Source: Anaeramoeba ignava BMAN
Taxonomy: Eukaryota; Protista; Anaeramoebae
Direction: 5' to 3'
NCBI GenBank assembly: GCA_028826165.1
Contig: JAPDFW010000087.1
Span: forward strand, 62,001-126,000
DNA length: 64,000 bases
Shown here: piece by piece, positions 13,801-26,267 of the stretch
Numbering within the stretch: the first letter of the stretch is position 1
How the letters are laid out: the number at the start of each line of letters is the position of its first letter
Made by a program: the position numbers and the translations under genes
Notes under the pieces: generated by a model
What the model was told of the DNA's origin: nothing
The model's input: the letters and a program-made list of their open reading frames with translations, nothing else
Database searches by the model: none

Positions 13801-16800
13801 ATTTGATATTTTTCTATTAGAATTTTCGCATCTTTTTTCAATCCTTGATCTCTTGTTACTGAAGCTTCATAATGTGAATTAAAATGATAATTTCTTTTCA
13901 ATTTTCTTCTTCTTCGTGATTCATCTTCACTTTTATCGAGTTTCCAATGCATTTCCTCATTTTCTTCTGGTCCTTTCCCCCAAGGTCCTCTTTCAGAAGT
14001 GAGATTATGCAAAACATTCCCCCAAAGTTTATTCACAAAACTCGAATTATGTCTTATAAATATACTATAAATTCTTGTTTCTTCTTTTCTGCAAACTTCT
14101 TGGTAATATTTTTCAAATTCGTTATTTTTCACAATAATTGCTTGTGGTTTTTGTTTGAGACTCTGATAAACTTTGTTCAAGTTATCCAAATAGCTTTCTT
14201 TTTGTTTCCCAAATTTTTTTTGAAAAATTTCCAAAGCTGGTTGCATTTGTTGTTTCAATGCAAAATCCCATCCATTACTAGTGAATATTTTATTTGTTTC
14301 TTCAAATATTTTTGCTGGATCAGTTCCAGCAAGAAAATGTTCTCCTTTTTCATCAAGGAGTATTTCTGCAAGAAGTATTTGATGTTCTTGAATAAAAGTA
14401 TGAACTAATTTAATAAGAATTTCTTTTTTTTTCATAAGTTCTTGATTTTTATCATTTTTTTCTTCTTCTGTTTCTGATGGTTGAATTTTTGTAATATTAT
14501 TTTCTTCTATGAATGATTCTTGTTCCAAAATTAGTAAATCTGTATCTAAATCTTTATCTAAATCTTTATCTAATTTTTCATCTAAATTTTCATTTAAATT
14601 TTCATTTAATTTTTCATTTAATTTTTCATTTAAATTTTCATTTAATTTTTCATTTAATTTTTCATTTAATTTTTCATTTAAATTTTCATTTAATTTTTCA
14701 TCTAAATCTTTATCTAAATCTTCATTTGAATTTGTTTTTAATTTTTCATTTAATTTTTCATCTAAATCTTCATTTGAATTTGTTTTTAATTTTTCATTTA
14801 ATTTTTCATCTAAATTTTCATTTAATTTTTCATCTAAATTTTCATTTAATTTTTCATCTAAATTTTCATTTAATTTTTCATCTAAATTTTCATTTAAATT
14901 TTCATTTAAATTTTCATTTAAATTCTCATCTAAATCTTTATCTAAATTCTCATTTAATTTTTCATTTAATTTTTCATTTAATTTTTCATTTAAATTTTCA
15001 TCTAAATCTTTATCTAATTTTTCATTTGAATTTTCATTTAAATCTTTATCTAAATTTGAATTTATAAAATTAATTAAACTTGCTAAAATTATCAATAAAT
15101 GTTCAATAACTCGTTTTTTTGTTAAAAAATGTATTGATTCTTGTTCTAAAGATTTCAATATTCTGAAAATTTCAATGCATTCATCTACAGTTGAAACTTC
15201 AACACTTAATAATAAAAATTCTAATACAGTCTCAAAAATCATTAATTGCTTCTTGCGTGATAAAAATTGGGAATCTTTATCTTCATTCTTATCCTTCTTA
15301 TTACTTTTATTCAAATTCATTCCATTTTGAATAAATCCATAATAATCAAGAAAATCAATCACTTGACGAACAAGACCATAATCCTCCCATATAACATCAT
15401 TAGACTCGGATTTGATAACTAATGATGTTATTTCTCCCAATGAATTTGCTTTTTCAGTTTGGTTTTCTTCTCCAATAAAAATATTTGTTGTTGATAATGA
15501 TTTTGTAAGTGGTTTGTTCGTAACTACCACAAATGGATCATGAATCATATTCACTGAAAAAGCTGGCTTTAATCTCGAAAAAGAAGTTGTTTTGGATACT
15601 TTTTTCTTTTTTGGTGAATTTTTAATATCGATATTTGAAGACTTATTCAGAAAAGTCTCGTTATTTTTCTTTGTTAAATTTGCTATTTTTGTTGATGAAG
15701 GGAAAAACACAAAATTCCCAATTATTAAAATAAATTCCCCAATATTCATCATCAAATATCTAAAATGTGGTTGTTGAAGAACCTTTTGGAAATTATTTCG
15801 ATGGCGAATTCTATTGAATTCATCAAATTCTTCAACAAATTTCCCTCGTGTTTTGTGAATAAATGTTGATAAAGAAGATATAATACGTTCGAAAAGAAAC
15901 CTTGTGATAATAGCAGCATTTTCTATTTTCTTATTTTCCTTTAAAATCTCTAATATCCCCACAAATTTCAAAATCTCAAGATGAGCATCTTTTTTTTGCA
16001 GAAACATTTCTCCAATTAAAAAAGAAAGCAAATCGCTGGTATAATAATTAATTTTGGATCCAAAAGGATCATATCTTTTCTCGCTCTGTTTGGTTTTTCT
16101 GTTAATTATTTGCTTATGAAGATCATCAAAATGGTAACTTGAAAATATCCATTCTTGCCAATCTTGTTTGGCAATGAAATTCTTGCGACTTTTCTCAAAT
16201 TTCTTCAGATTATTTGTTATTTCCATCATTGTATTCACACTTTCTTGATTTTTATTTCTCCCAATAAGTGCAAAAATGGTTTTAAGAATATGTGCTTTTT
16301 GTGAAGATATTTCGTCCATTTGCCGTTGTAATGATGGTTGAAGAAACAAAAGCTTAATCATAATTTCTGAGACTTGTCGAGTGAGTTGAATTTTAATCAC
16401 ATTTTCATGGAAAATTTGATAATTTTGTTCTTGAAGAAGTGGTGAAAACTGAAGGAAATTTTCAAATTCAGAAGATATCATCATCACTTGAAGTGCTCCA
16501 TGCAAATCATTATTTTTTTGGAATTCATTAAACTTGGTGATTTCATTGATATGAATCTTCAAGATGATCTGCAAACAAATTTCTTGGAATTCTTGATTTT
16601 CAAATTTCAAAAGAGTAATAAAAGGTTCCAAAGCATTGAATAGATCCGAATCATCAGTTAAATAATCAGATACCTTTTTTGTCTCAGAAATGAAATAGAT
16701 AATTTCCATCATCGATACCATAAAATCTGCGTCTTCAGAAACAAAGCAATTTGATAACAAAACTTTGACCAGTTTTCTATCGTTCTTTTTTGATACAATT

Positions 16801-19800
16801 TGCTTTATCAATTCAATATATAGATTCCTCAATTCCAAAATTTCTTTTTGCTCAGGTTTTTTGCCAATTATTTTATCTTTTCTAAGTTCTTTTTTTTCAT
16901 TTGGAATTGCTTTTGATGATTTGTGTTTATTGGTCCATAAATAAAAATGAACAATATCAAGTAAGTATTGAAGATTGAATTCATTTTCATTTTCATTTTC
17001 ATTCTCGTTTTCATTTTCATATTCATTTTGATTTTTATTTTGATTTTGGTTCTGATTTTGGTTCTGGTTTTGAGGTAAAAATGATTCAGCAATATATTTT
17101 ATTAATTCAAAAAGTTTCTTTTGAATCGAAATATTGCAATATATCCATAAACGATAATCTAAAATGAAATTTTGAACTAAATCTTCTCGAAATTTTTTAT
17201 TACGAATTCCTAAATACATCCTTCTAATAGTAGATATAATATTGTCTGTAATATGCTCAGAATTAATGTTCTGGAAAAGAAATGAAATGATTGCAAATCC
17301 ATTTGAATGGATCATATCTTTTTGATTTAAAGAGCTTCCAATCAAAATATCTCCAATCAATTCGAAAATTTGTCCTGAAAAACGAAATGGATCCCGTTTT
17401 TGACTGATTATATTTAAAATTTTATCTGTTTTTTTTTCGTTTTCTTTGACTTTTTTCAGATTTTTTTCTTCCATTTGATTTAACGGCTGATCTAATTGTA
17501 TTATTAAAGGGAAAAATGCTTTGATTCCACCAATACAGTAAATAATGTCATAGAGATGACTCGAAACACATTTAAACATTCTCAGGAATTTTGCATGAAG
17601 ATTATTTAAACTTTGATCAAAACAATCTATTGAATCTGTGGCTTTGCTATTATAGCACATAGCAAGTTGTGAGTTTAGAGAAGAAAGGTTTTTGGATACT
17701 TTTTTTTCTGATGGATGGAAAGTCGAAATATAGTTTGGACCTAATTGATAAATATCTGCAACTTGTGTTTTGGAAAGTGTTGTTTTGAAAAAATAAAGAG
17801 TTCCCATTTGCCCAAAAAATGAATCTTCTTGATAATTAGAACCAATGCGATTTTTATTGAAATTGCTGAAATTTGGATATTTGATTTGTTTTTGTTGAAC
17901 TAAAACACCATCCAAATAAAAATTGAAATCAGTTGATGAACTCCATCTTGTGTAATTTTGTGTAAAAGCAAGAAAATGCCACTCGCGGCAATTCATTTGA
18001 AACTCTATTTTTTCCAATCGATTCAATTTTTGCTTTTTTCCAAAGCATAAAGATATGCAAAGTTTGATTGTTCTTTGTGTTTCTTTTGATTTTGTTCTCG
18101 AATGTTGTTGTTGTTGCTGTTGTTGTTTGCGAAAAATTGTGATGTTTTTCTTCTCTTCATTATTTTGGATGTCATCCCCAATTTTGATCTCATTTGAAGA
18201 AAGCAATTCTTCTCGTTCTGTATCCTCGGAATAATCCGAAGGACTAAAATATTCCGATTTCCATTCAACCAAAAAATTATCATCTGAATTGTTTGATTGA
18301 TTCTTTTTCATTCTTGTTTGGAATTCCTCTTCAGTCTCCGTTTCAAAATAAACACTGAAATTTTGGGTTTCGTTGCTGAAATGAAACAAAGTTGGTTGAA
18401 ATATTTTGTTTCTATTCAAAGAATCCGTGAAGTTTTCAAAACGGATCCAAGTGCAAAAAGAATATCCATTTTTGGAAGGCCATGAAAGTGGTTTTTGTAT
18501 TTCTAAGCATGAAGAAAGTAAATGGAAATCAAAAAATACTCTTGGAGCATTTGTTTCTTTTGAGGAAATTTGTTTCAAACTATTAATAATTAAATGTGCA
18601 TAAGAAGTGCGAAAATTATTCTCATCTCCTTTCAATAAAGAAAAAATAAGCTTTAATTCTTTCACTGTGATTCGATAACTCCCAATTATTTTGATCAAAC
18701 GAAGAACTTTCTTTTGCGATTGGGGTTGCTGCTGAAGTTGTGGTATAAATTTAACCAAAATTGAAATCAATCCTGAATTTGAACAACAAGAACGGTTGTG
18801 AATCGATTTTTCACACAACCATGAAAATGCATCAATTAAATTATTGAAAAATGTCAAATGAGGACGTGCAAAGACTGTGAATATCAAGATAATAATCTCT
18901 GGAGTTTGAATTACATAGTTTTTGCCAACTCCAGAAACTTCTTCATTGAAAAGCATGTGAAATAGAAGAGTGTAAATTTCCTTTCTGGGATTTTGACCCT
19001 CGGATTTATACAATACTTCCCCAAATTCTTCAAATGTAATCTGCTCTTTGAAAATATGAATGCTTTTGCGGTTATCAGAAAATATTTCAAATAGAAAATT
19101 TAGGATTTTCTGCGTTAAAAATCCTTTCAAATTTTCATTTTCAACAAGACCTTTCAGAATTTTGAATATCCCATTTCTCGAAATCAATATTTTTAATTTG
19201 ATATTATTTATGTGTATTGCCTCTGTCAAAAAATCCAACATTTCCCCAATTTGATCTTGTGCATTATCTTCTCCTTGATTTACTTTTTCCTCCAAATTTG
19301 TGATGTATTGGTTAATTTTATTAAAAATAATTTTAGTTCTGGATGACTTGAATTTTTGGCTATTTTTGAAAAGTCCTTCCAGTATTTTCAATGAAAACTC
19401 TGTTGTTTCTCTTTGTGGAAGAATTTCAAACAATGCATTTATTGGAATAGCACTATCCAAAAATTTGTCTTTATTCACATATTCAACAAGAAGTCTATAA
19501 ACCTCAAGCGTAAGATATATCAAGTTTATAAATTGGTTTTTTGTTAATTCAGCTTCATTCCCTAATAATTCTATTTCTTTTTTGTAATAAGTCTTCAAAT
19601 TGATTAATATTTCTGATATAGGTGTTAATAAATCATCTCGAATTGGTTGATTTTTTTTAAATGAGATGATTTGGATCAAAATTTGGAAAATATCTGAATA
19701 AATTTTTAAGTTGCTTTGTTTAGATGACAAAAGGAATATGAAAAAAAGTATGACCAAATCATAAGAAGAATCAATTTTCCTGATAAATAGAAAAATTGTT

Positions 19801-22800
19801 TGAAAAAGTTCAATTTTCAAATCAATAAATGATTGTGGTATTTTTTTTTGAGTTTGATAAATCTACAAAAAGAAAAAAAAAATCATTAATTTTCATTTTC
19901 ATTTTTTTTTTTAGATTATAATTATAATAAAATTTAACCTACATCATTCATTTCATAAAAGAAATATTTTGTGGAAAATAATCTCAATAATTTTTTTTGA
20001 TTTTGAACAGATAAAATGTTTTTTTCAATCAATTTTTTGAAAAGAGAAATACAAATAAATTGGATCATTGGATTTTCATTAGCAATGATTTTTCTTGTTT
20101 GAGAAATGATTTCATTTTCTTTGTGGTAATTATCATCAAATATATTTTCAAATATTAACATCAATTGATCTGAAAAAGGTTTTTTGTTTATTTCTGTAGA
20201 TGAATGAATTTGTTTGTTTTCGATTGATATGATTAATTTAAATAATTTGAAAAGAGAACGAAAAATTTCTTTTAATTTAGGATGAATTTCAAATGAAATA
20301 TTTAGATTATTTTTAAGATTGTATTGAATAATGTTGTATTTCTTATTTAAGTTATAAAATCCTTGAGAGAACCAACAATTTTCTTGGAGTTCAAATATAC
20401 AAGTCATTTTTTCAGGAAGAAATGATTGATTTTTTTCATTTTGATTTTCATTTTCATTTTGATTTTCATTTTCATTTTGATTTTGATTTTCAATTTTTTT
20501 CATTTTGATTTTCAATTTGATTTTCAATTTGATTTTGATTTTGAATTTGATTTTCAATTTGATTTTGATTTTGATTTTGATTTTCATTTTGATTTTCATT
20601 TTGATTTTCATTTTGATTTTCATTTTGATTTTCAATTTGATTTTGATTTTGATTTTCATTTTGAATTTGATTTTGATTTTCAATTTGATTTTGATTTTTT
20701 TCATTTTGATTTTTATTTTGATTTTGATTTTCAATTTGATTTTCATTTTCATTTTGATTTTGATTTTGATTTTGATTTTGATTTTCAATTTGATTTTCAT
20801 TTTGATTTTGATTTTGATTTTGATTTTCAATTTGATTTTGATTTTCAATTTCATTTTGATTTTTTTCATTTTGATTTTTATTTTGATTTTCATTTTGAAT
20901 TTGATTTTGATTTTCATTTTGATTTTGATTTTCATTTTCATTTTCAATTTGATTTTCAATTTGATTTTGATTTTCATTTTCATTTTCATTTTCATTTTGA
21001 TTTTGAATTTGAATTTGATTTTGATTTTGATTTTGATTTTGATTTTGATTTTGATTTTGATTTTGATTTTCATTTTGAATTTGATTTTGATTTTGATTTT
21101 CAATTTGATTTTGATTTTGATTTTCAATTTGATTTTCATTTTGAATTTGATTTTCATTTTGAATTTGATTTTCATTTTGGTTTTTGATTTTGATTTATTC
21201 CAACAAATGAATAAAATGACCAAAGTATAAAATCTGTAATACATAAAACATTTTCTTTAGACATTATATTTGTGAGTAACATTTGATTTTTTGAAATTAA
21301 ACTATGAAAAATTCTAAATATTCGAATTCTTATTTTAAACTGAAAAATATTAAAGTTAAAATCTGGAGATTTTTTTGTTTCAATATTTTGTTGATCTTTT
21401 TTCTTAGATTCATTTTTTTCTTCATTATTTTTCCCAAGTAAATTCATGATAATTTCAAATAGACAAATAAATCCATTTTCATCATTTTGGAAATTAGCAT
21501 CCAAAACTGATGTTAATAAAGGAAGATAAATATTTTGTGGTTTTAATGATTCAAGACAATAACTTATAATTTGATCTTGACTTTTTGAAGGTAATGATTT
21601 TTGAATTATAAAAGATTGGATAAAAGAAAGAATTTTCTTTTGAATTTGATAAATATTTGGTGTTAAAATGAACCTTTGATTTAATTGCTGGAAAAATTCA
21701 AGTTGTTCTTTGTTTTTAATTTTAGAATCAAATTGTAAAGATGAGAAAAGAAAATCATTTTTATTTTTATTTTTATTTTTATTTTTATTTTTATTTTTAC
21801 CAGTCAATTTTTGAATAACTGTATCATCAATCCAAATTTTAAATTTGGAATTTTTTTGAGTTTCATATTTTTCAAAGAGATAAATGAATTTTAGAATATT
21901 TGATAAAAGAAATATTGAAAAATTAAATGTTTGAGTAAATTTGATATTTGAGTCAATCTAAATTGAAGATCAAAAATAAAATGAATAAATGAATAAATGA
22001 ATAAATGAATAAATGAATAAATGAATAAATGAATAAATGAATAAATGAATAAATGAATAAATGAATAAATGAATAAATGAATAAATGAATAAATGAATAA
22101 ATAAATACAAATTCGATTGAATGAGAAAATATTTTAAGAGCAAGTGTAAATAGTTTTAAAATAATTGTATGTGCATTATAAAGGAATAATATTTGTCTAT
22201 GAACAGAAGATCTAGCTAGAAGAGCTACCATTTGTAATGAAATACCATTTTGAATATCAGGTAAAATATCACTTGCAAATCCATTTGAAAGTGTAGATTT
22301 TGCTTGATTTGGGTTTTCTAATATTGGAAGTACTTGTTCTTTTTAATTTTAATTTTAATTTTAATTTTTATAAATTAATTTTAAATTAATTTTAATATTA
22401 ATTTTAATTTTAATTTTAATTTTAAATTTAATTTTAATTTTAATTTTAAATTTAATTTTAATTTTAATTTTAATTTTATAAATGAATTTTAATATTAATT
22501 TTAATTTTAATTTTAATAAAAACCTGATAAAAATTTGAAAAAAAGATTTAAAATTCGAACAGTTTCAGTTGTAACTTCTTTTGGAATTTCATTTTCTTCT
22601 AACAAAATTTGTGAATTTTGTTTTAAATCTTTTTCTTTTTTTAATTGAGTTTCTGAGTTTTGTTTTATTTTATATGGTTTCCATTGATTATATTCATCAA
22701 GAAATACTAAAGAAAATTGAAAGTACCATAAAACTCTTTGATTCTATTAATAAAATTTAATAATTAATTTATTCCAAAAAAAAAAGAAAAGTAAACAATT

Positions 22801-22975
22801 AAAAAAAATTTATTTTTAATTGAATTTTTTCTTTTTCTTTTTCTTTTTTTTTTACAGCTAAAAAATTTGTTCTTTCTTTCCAAATATCTTCAAGATGTGT
22901 TTTATTTTTTGCAAAATTAAAATATGACGAATTTTCTTTTTGTGTTTTTTTGGATTTTGAAAATAAATTTTTCAT
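10852..22975 (-). CDS. Neurobeachin/NBEAL/Lvs-like protein: ConA-like, DUF, PH-BEACH and WD40 domains; multi-exon
   Basis: GYSFCTWIRFE ConA-like region; WKLDKSED; BEACH motifs [59 protein letters not shown]; terminal WD40 repeats. ATG at 22975 with GT-AG introns such as 22855-22744 and 12850-12652. Frameshifts at ~21180/20480 and ~11375. Confidence 0.93.
21975..22100. repeat. (AATGAATA)n 8-mer microsatellite inside a BEACH-gene intron
   Basis: Near-perfect 8-bp period. Confidence 0.9.
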
Positions 22976-23104
22976 TTTATTAATAAAAAAAAAAAAAGCA
23001 AAAAAGAAAAATGAAAGAAAAAAAAATGAAAAAAAAATTAAAAAAAATAAAATTGAGAATTTGGTTTATTTTCTTAAAAGAAAAAAGTAAAAAGTGAAAT
23101 TTTT

Positions 23105-24002
23105 TTAATCTGAATCAGAATCAGAATCAGAATCAGAATTAGAATCAAAGTCATATTGAAGAGAAATTAAAGGATCAAATTTTTTAGATAATTTAATTTC
23201 TTGAGAATTTTGTTTTTCTTTTTTTGAATTAATTTTGACATTTTCTTCTTTTTCTTTTTCAATTTCTTCTTCTTTTTCAATTTCTTTTTCATTTTCTTTT
23301 TCTTTTCTTTTTCAATTTCTTTTTCTTTTTCTTTTTCATTTTCATTTCTTTTTCATTTTCTTTTTCTTTTTCAATTTCTTTTTCTTTTTCTTTTTCTAAA
23401 TTTCCGTTAGAAATAACGGTTTCTGTAAATTTTAATCCATCTTTCTTTTTCTTAATTTGTTTTTTGTTTTTTTTCCTTTTAATTTTTTGATCAACATTTT
23501 TCTCTAAACCAAATTGAACCGAATCAGCAATTCTTCTTTTAGTAAGTCTTCTTTTATGAAGATATTTAGTTTCATCAACAATATAACCACCAGTTTTAGC
23601 AAGAAAATCTTCAGCTTTTTTTTCTAATAATTTTTTTTGTTTTTCTTTTTTTTCATTAGCAATTTTTTGAGGAAGATTAACATGAATCAATCTTCTTCCA
23701 TGAATATCACGACATGCTGTTTTGCTAATATGATTTACTCCAGAACGAAATTTAGAGCTTCTTAATAAAGACCCAAATCCTCCTTTTCCTCCTTCAAGTC
23801 TTAAATTAACTTCAATTTGTTTTTCTTTATCAATTTTTTCTTTTTCATTTAAAATTTTTTTTCCTTGTTTTAAATAAAGTTTTTCTTTTGGAATTCCTTC
23901 TTTTTGACTAATTTGTAAAAGTAAATTATCATATTCATTGTTAGAATTTAATTCAACACATAAATATTTTCCAGAAATTGATCTAACAAATAAAGAACTC
24001 AT
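23105..24002 (-). CDS. SDE2: SDE2 splicing/replication-stress factor (ubiquitin-fold N-terminus)
   Basis: Ubiquitin-like start MSSLFVRSISGK, then RLEGGKGGFGSLLR (GG|KGG processing site) and ACRDIHGRRL. An apparent frameshift at ~23345 lies in an EK repeat; the likely true end is ...YDFDSNSDSDSDSDSD* at 23105. Confidence 0.88.
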
Positions 24003-24307
24003 TTTTAAAACAAAAATAAAAAAATGAAAAAAATGAAAAAATGAAAAAAATGAAAAAAATAAAAAAATAAAAATGAAAAAATGAAAAATAAAATCGGAAA
24101 AAACTTTTTTTAAATTTAAATTTGTTTTTTTTTTAGTAAGAATTTGAAAAGAACTTAAATCCAAAAGAAAAAAGCAAAAAAGAAAAAAGAAAAAAAAAAT
24201 AAATTTGAATTGAAATCAAAAAATTAATCAAAAAATTAATGTGTTTTTTTTTAATGGAATAAAAGATATTTTTTCTGTTAAAATCATTATCATCTTTTCT
24301 TTTGTAA

Positions 24308-26055
24308 TTAATTTATCAAGCAACTTTAGTTTTTTTTTTTTTAATCCAAAAAAAAATATTTTTTTTTTCAATTTAGAAATGTTAAAAAAATATATCAAAT
24401 TATCAATAGAAAATCTTACCCTCCACCACTTTATTTCCAATTTAAATCAAATTCAAAATTAAATTAAAAATTAAATTTAAAATTAAATTAAAAATTAAAT
24501 TTAAAAATTTAAAATTTAAATTAAAATTTAAATATTATTTTACCCGCAATCACATCCTCCTCTAAATTATCCAAAAAGTTTTAAATAATTGAATTTTTTA
24601 CATAAATATTTTTTAAAATTAAAATTAAAATTAAAATTAAAATTTATATTATTTATATTTTTATATTTTTTACGCGCATCCACTAATATAATAAAAATAA
24701 AAAAATTTAATTTTAATTTACATTTCTAAAAATTAATCTATTTATTTATATTTAAAAATTTATCTATTTATTTATATTTAAAAATTTACCCGCAATCACA
24801 TCCACTATTTATAATAATAATTAATAAATTAATATTAAAAATTAATTTAATTATTTATATTTCAAAATTTACCCGCAATCACATCCACTATTTATAATAA
24901 AAATTAATAAATTAAAATTAAATATAAATAGAAATTAATTTATTTAATTATTTATATTTAAAAATTTACCCGCAATCACATCCACTATTTATAATAAAAA
25001 TTAATAAATTAAAATTAAAAATATAAATAGAAATTAATTTAATTATTTTATATTTAAAAATTTACCCGCAATCACAGCATCCACTAATTTTAATAAATTA
25101 ATAAAAGAGAAGAATAAAAAGATTTTAAATTAAATTTCAATTAAAAAAAATTCAATTAAAAAGTTAAACATTTACTCGCAATTACAACCACTAAAATAAT
25201 TAAATAAATTAAAATTAAAATTAAAATTAAAATTATAATTAAATTAAATTTAAAATTAAATTTAAAATCAAATTAAAATTATAACTTACTCGCAATTACA
25301 ACAACCACTAAATTAATAAAATTTAAAAAGAGAAGAATAAAAAGATTTTAAATTAAATTTCAATTAAAAAAAATCAATTAAAAAGTTAAACATTTACTCG
25401 CAATTACAACCACTAATTTTAAAAAAATAATTTTATAAAAATAATTTTATAAAAATAATTAAATAATAAGAAAAAACTTTAAAACTTACTGGCAATCACA
25501 ACTTTTAAATCAGAAATGGAATTAAAAAATTAAAATAAAAATGATTTAATCATTAAATAAAAAAAATCCAAAAAAAAAAATAATAAAAAAAGAAATTAAA
25601 AAAAAAATTAAAGCTAAAAATTATTACCAATTGCAATTTCCACTATTTTTTTTTTTAAATAGAAAAAAAAGAAAAAGGATTTGAAATTAAAATGAATTGA
25701 AATTAAAATAAATTGAATTGAATTAATGAAAAAAAAAATAAAAAAATCATGTTTACCAATCACAACTAAAACAACCTATACAACCATCACAAGCTTTTTT
25801 TTTTTAATTAAAATTAAAATTTAAAATTTAAAATTAAGTGAGAAAAAAATCGTTATTAAAACTTAAAAGAAAAAAATTTTTTTCATTTTCATTTTCATTT
25901 TCATTTTCATTTTCTTTTTAGAAATTACTTCCTGAATTAACTGAAGATTGACCAAGATTTCCCGAATAAGGTTGAGTAGAATGAGGTTGAGGACCAACTC
26001 CTTGATTTTGTGTAACAGCTGTTGAAACAATACCTCCATCAACTTCGTCCGCCAT
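24308..26055 (-). CDS. 15-exon micro-exon gene encoding a 117-aa Cys/Gly/Asp-rich metallothionein-like protein with C-terminal CaaX-type motif
   Basis: Exons: 26055-25929, 25793-25757, 25642-25628, 25501-25490, 25412-25398, 25307-25290, 25190-25176, 25083-25066, 24984-24970, 24887-24873, 24804-24790, 24682-24674, 24561-24544, 24428-24420, 24323-24308. Every internal exon is flanked by AG and GTAA. The joined 354 nt is an open frame ending in TAA. Confidence 0.88.
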
Positions 26056-26267
26056 TATTTAAAAATAAATGAAAAAAATAAATGAAAAAAATAAATGAAA
26101 AAAATGAAAAAATGAAAAAAATGAAAAATGAAAAATGAAAAAATTTGATTAATAAAATCCAAAAATAAATTTGATTAAAAAAAATGGAATAAAATCCAAA
26201 AATTAATTCGAAATGAAATTTATTTTTTTCTTTTTCTTTTCCAAATTAAAAATTATTTGTTTAAATT

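Noticed and set aside
24540-25510. CRISPR-like look: a ~22-bp repeat with 70-110 bp spacers
   Set aside because: The context is eukaryotic with no cas genes. The spacers are AT-rich and related to each other, and the repeats are bounded by AG/GT and translate in frame as exons.
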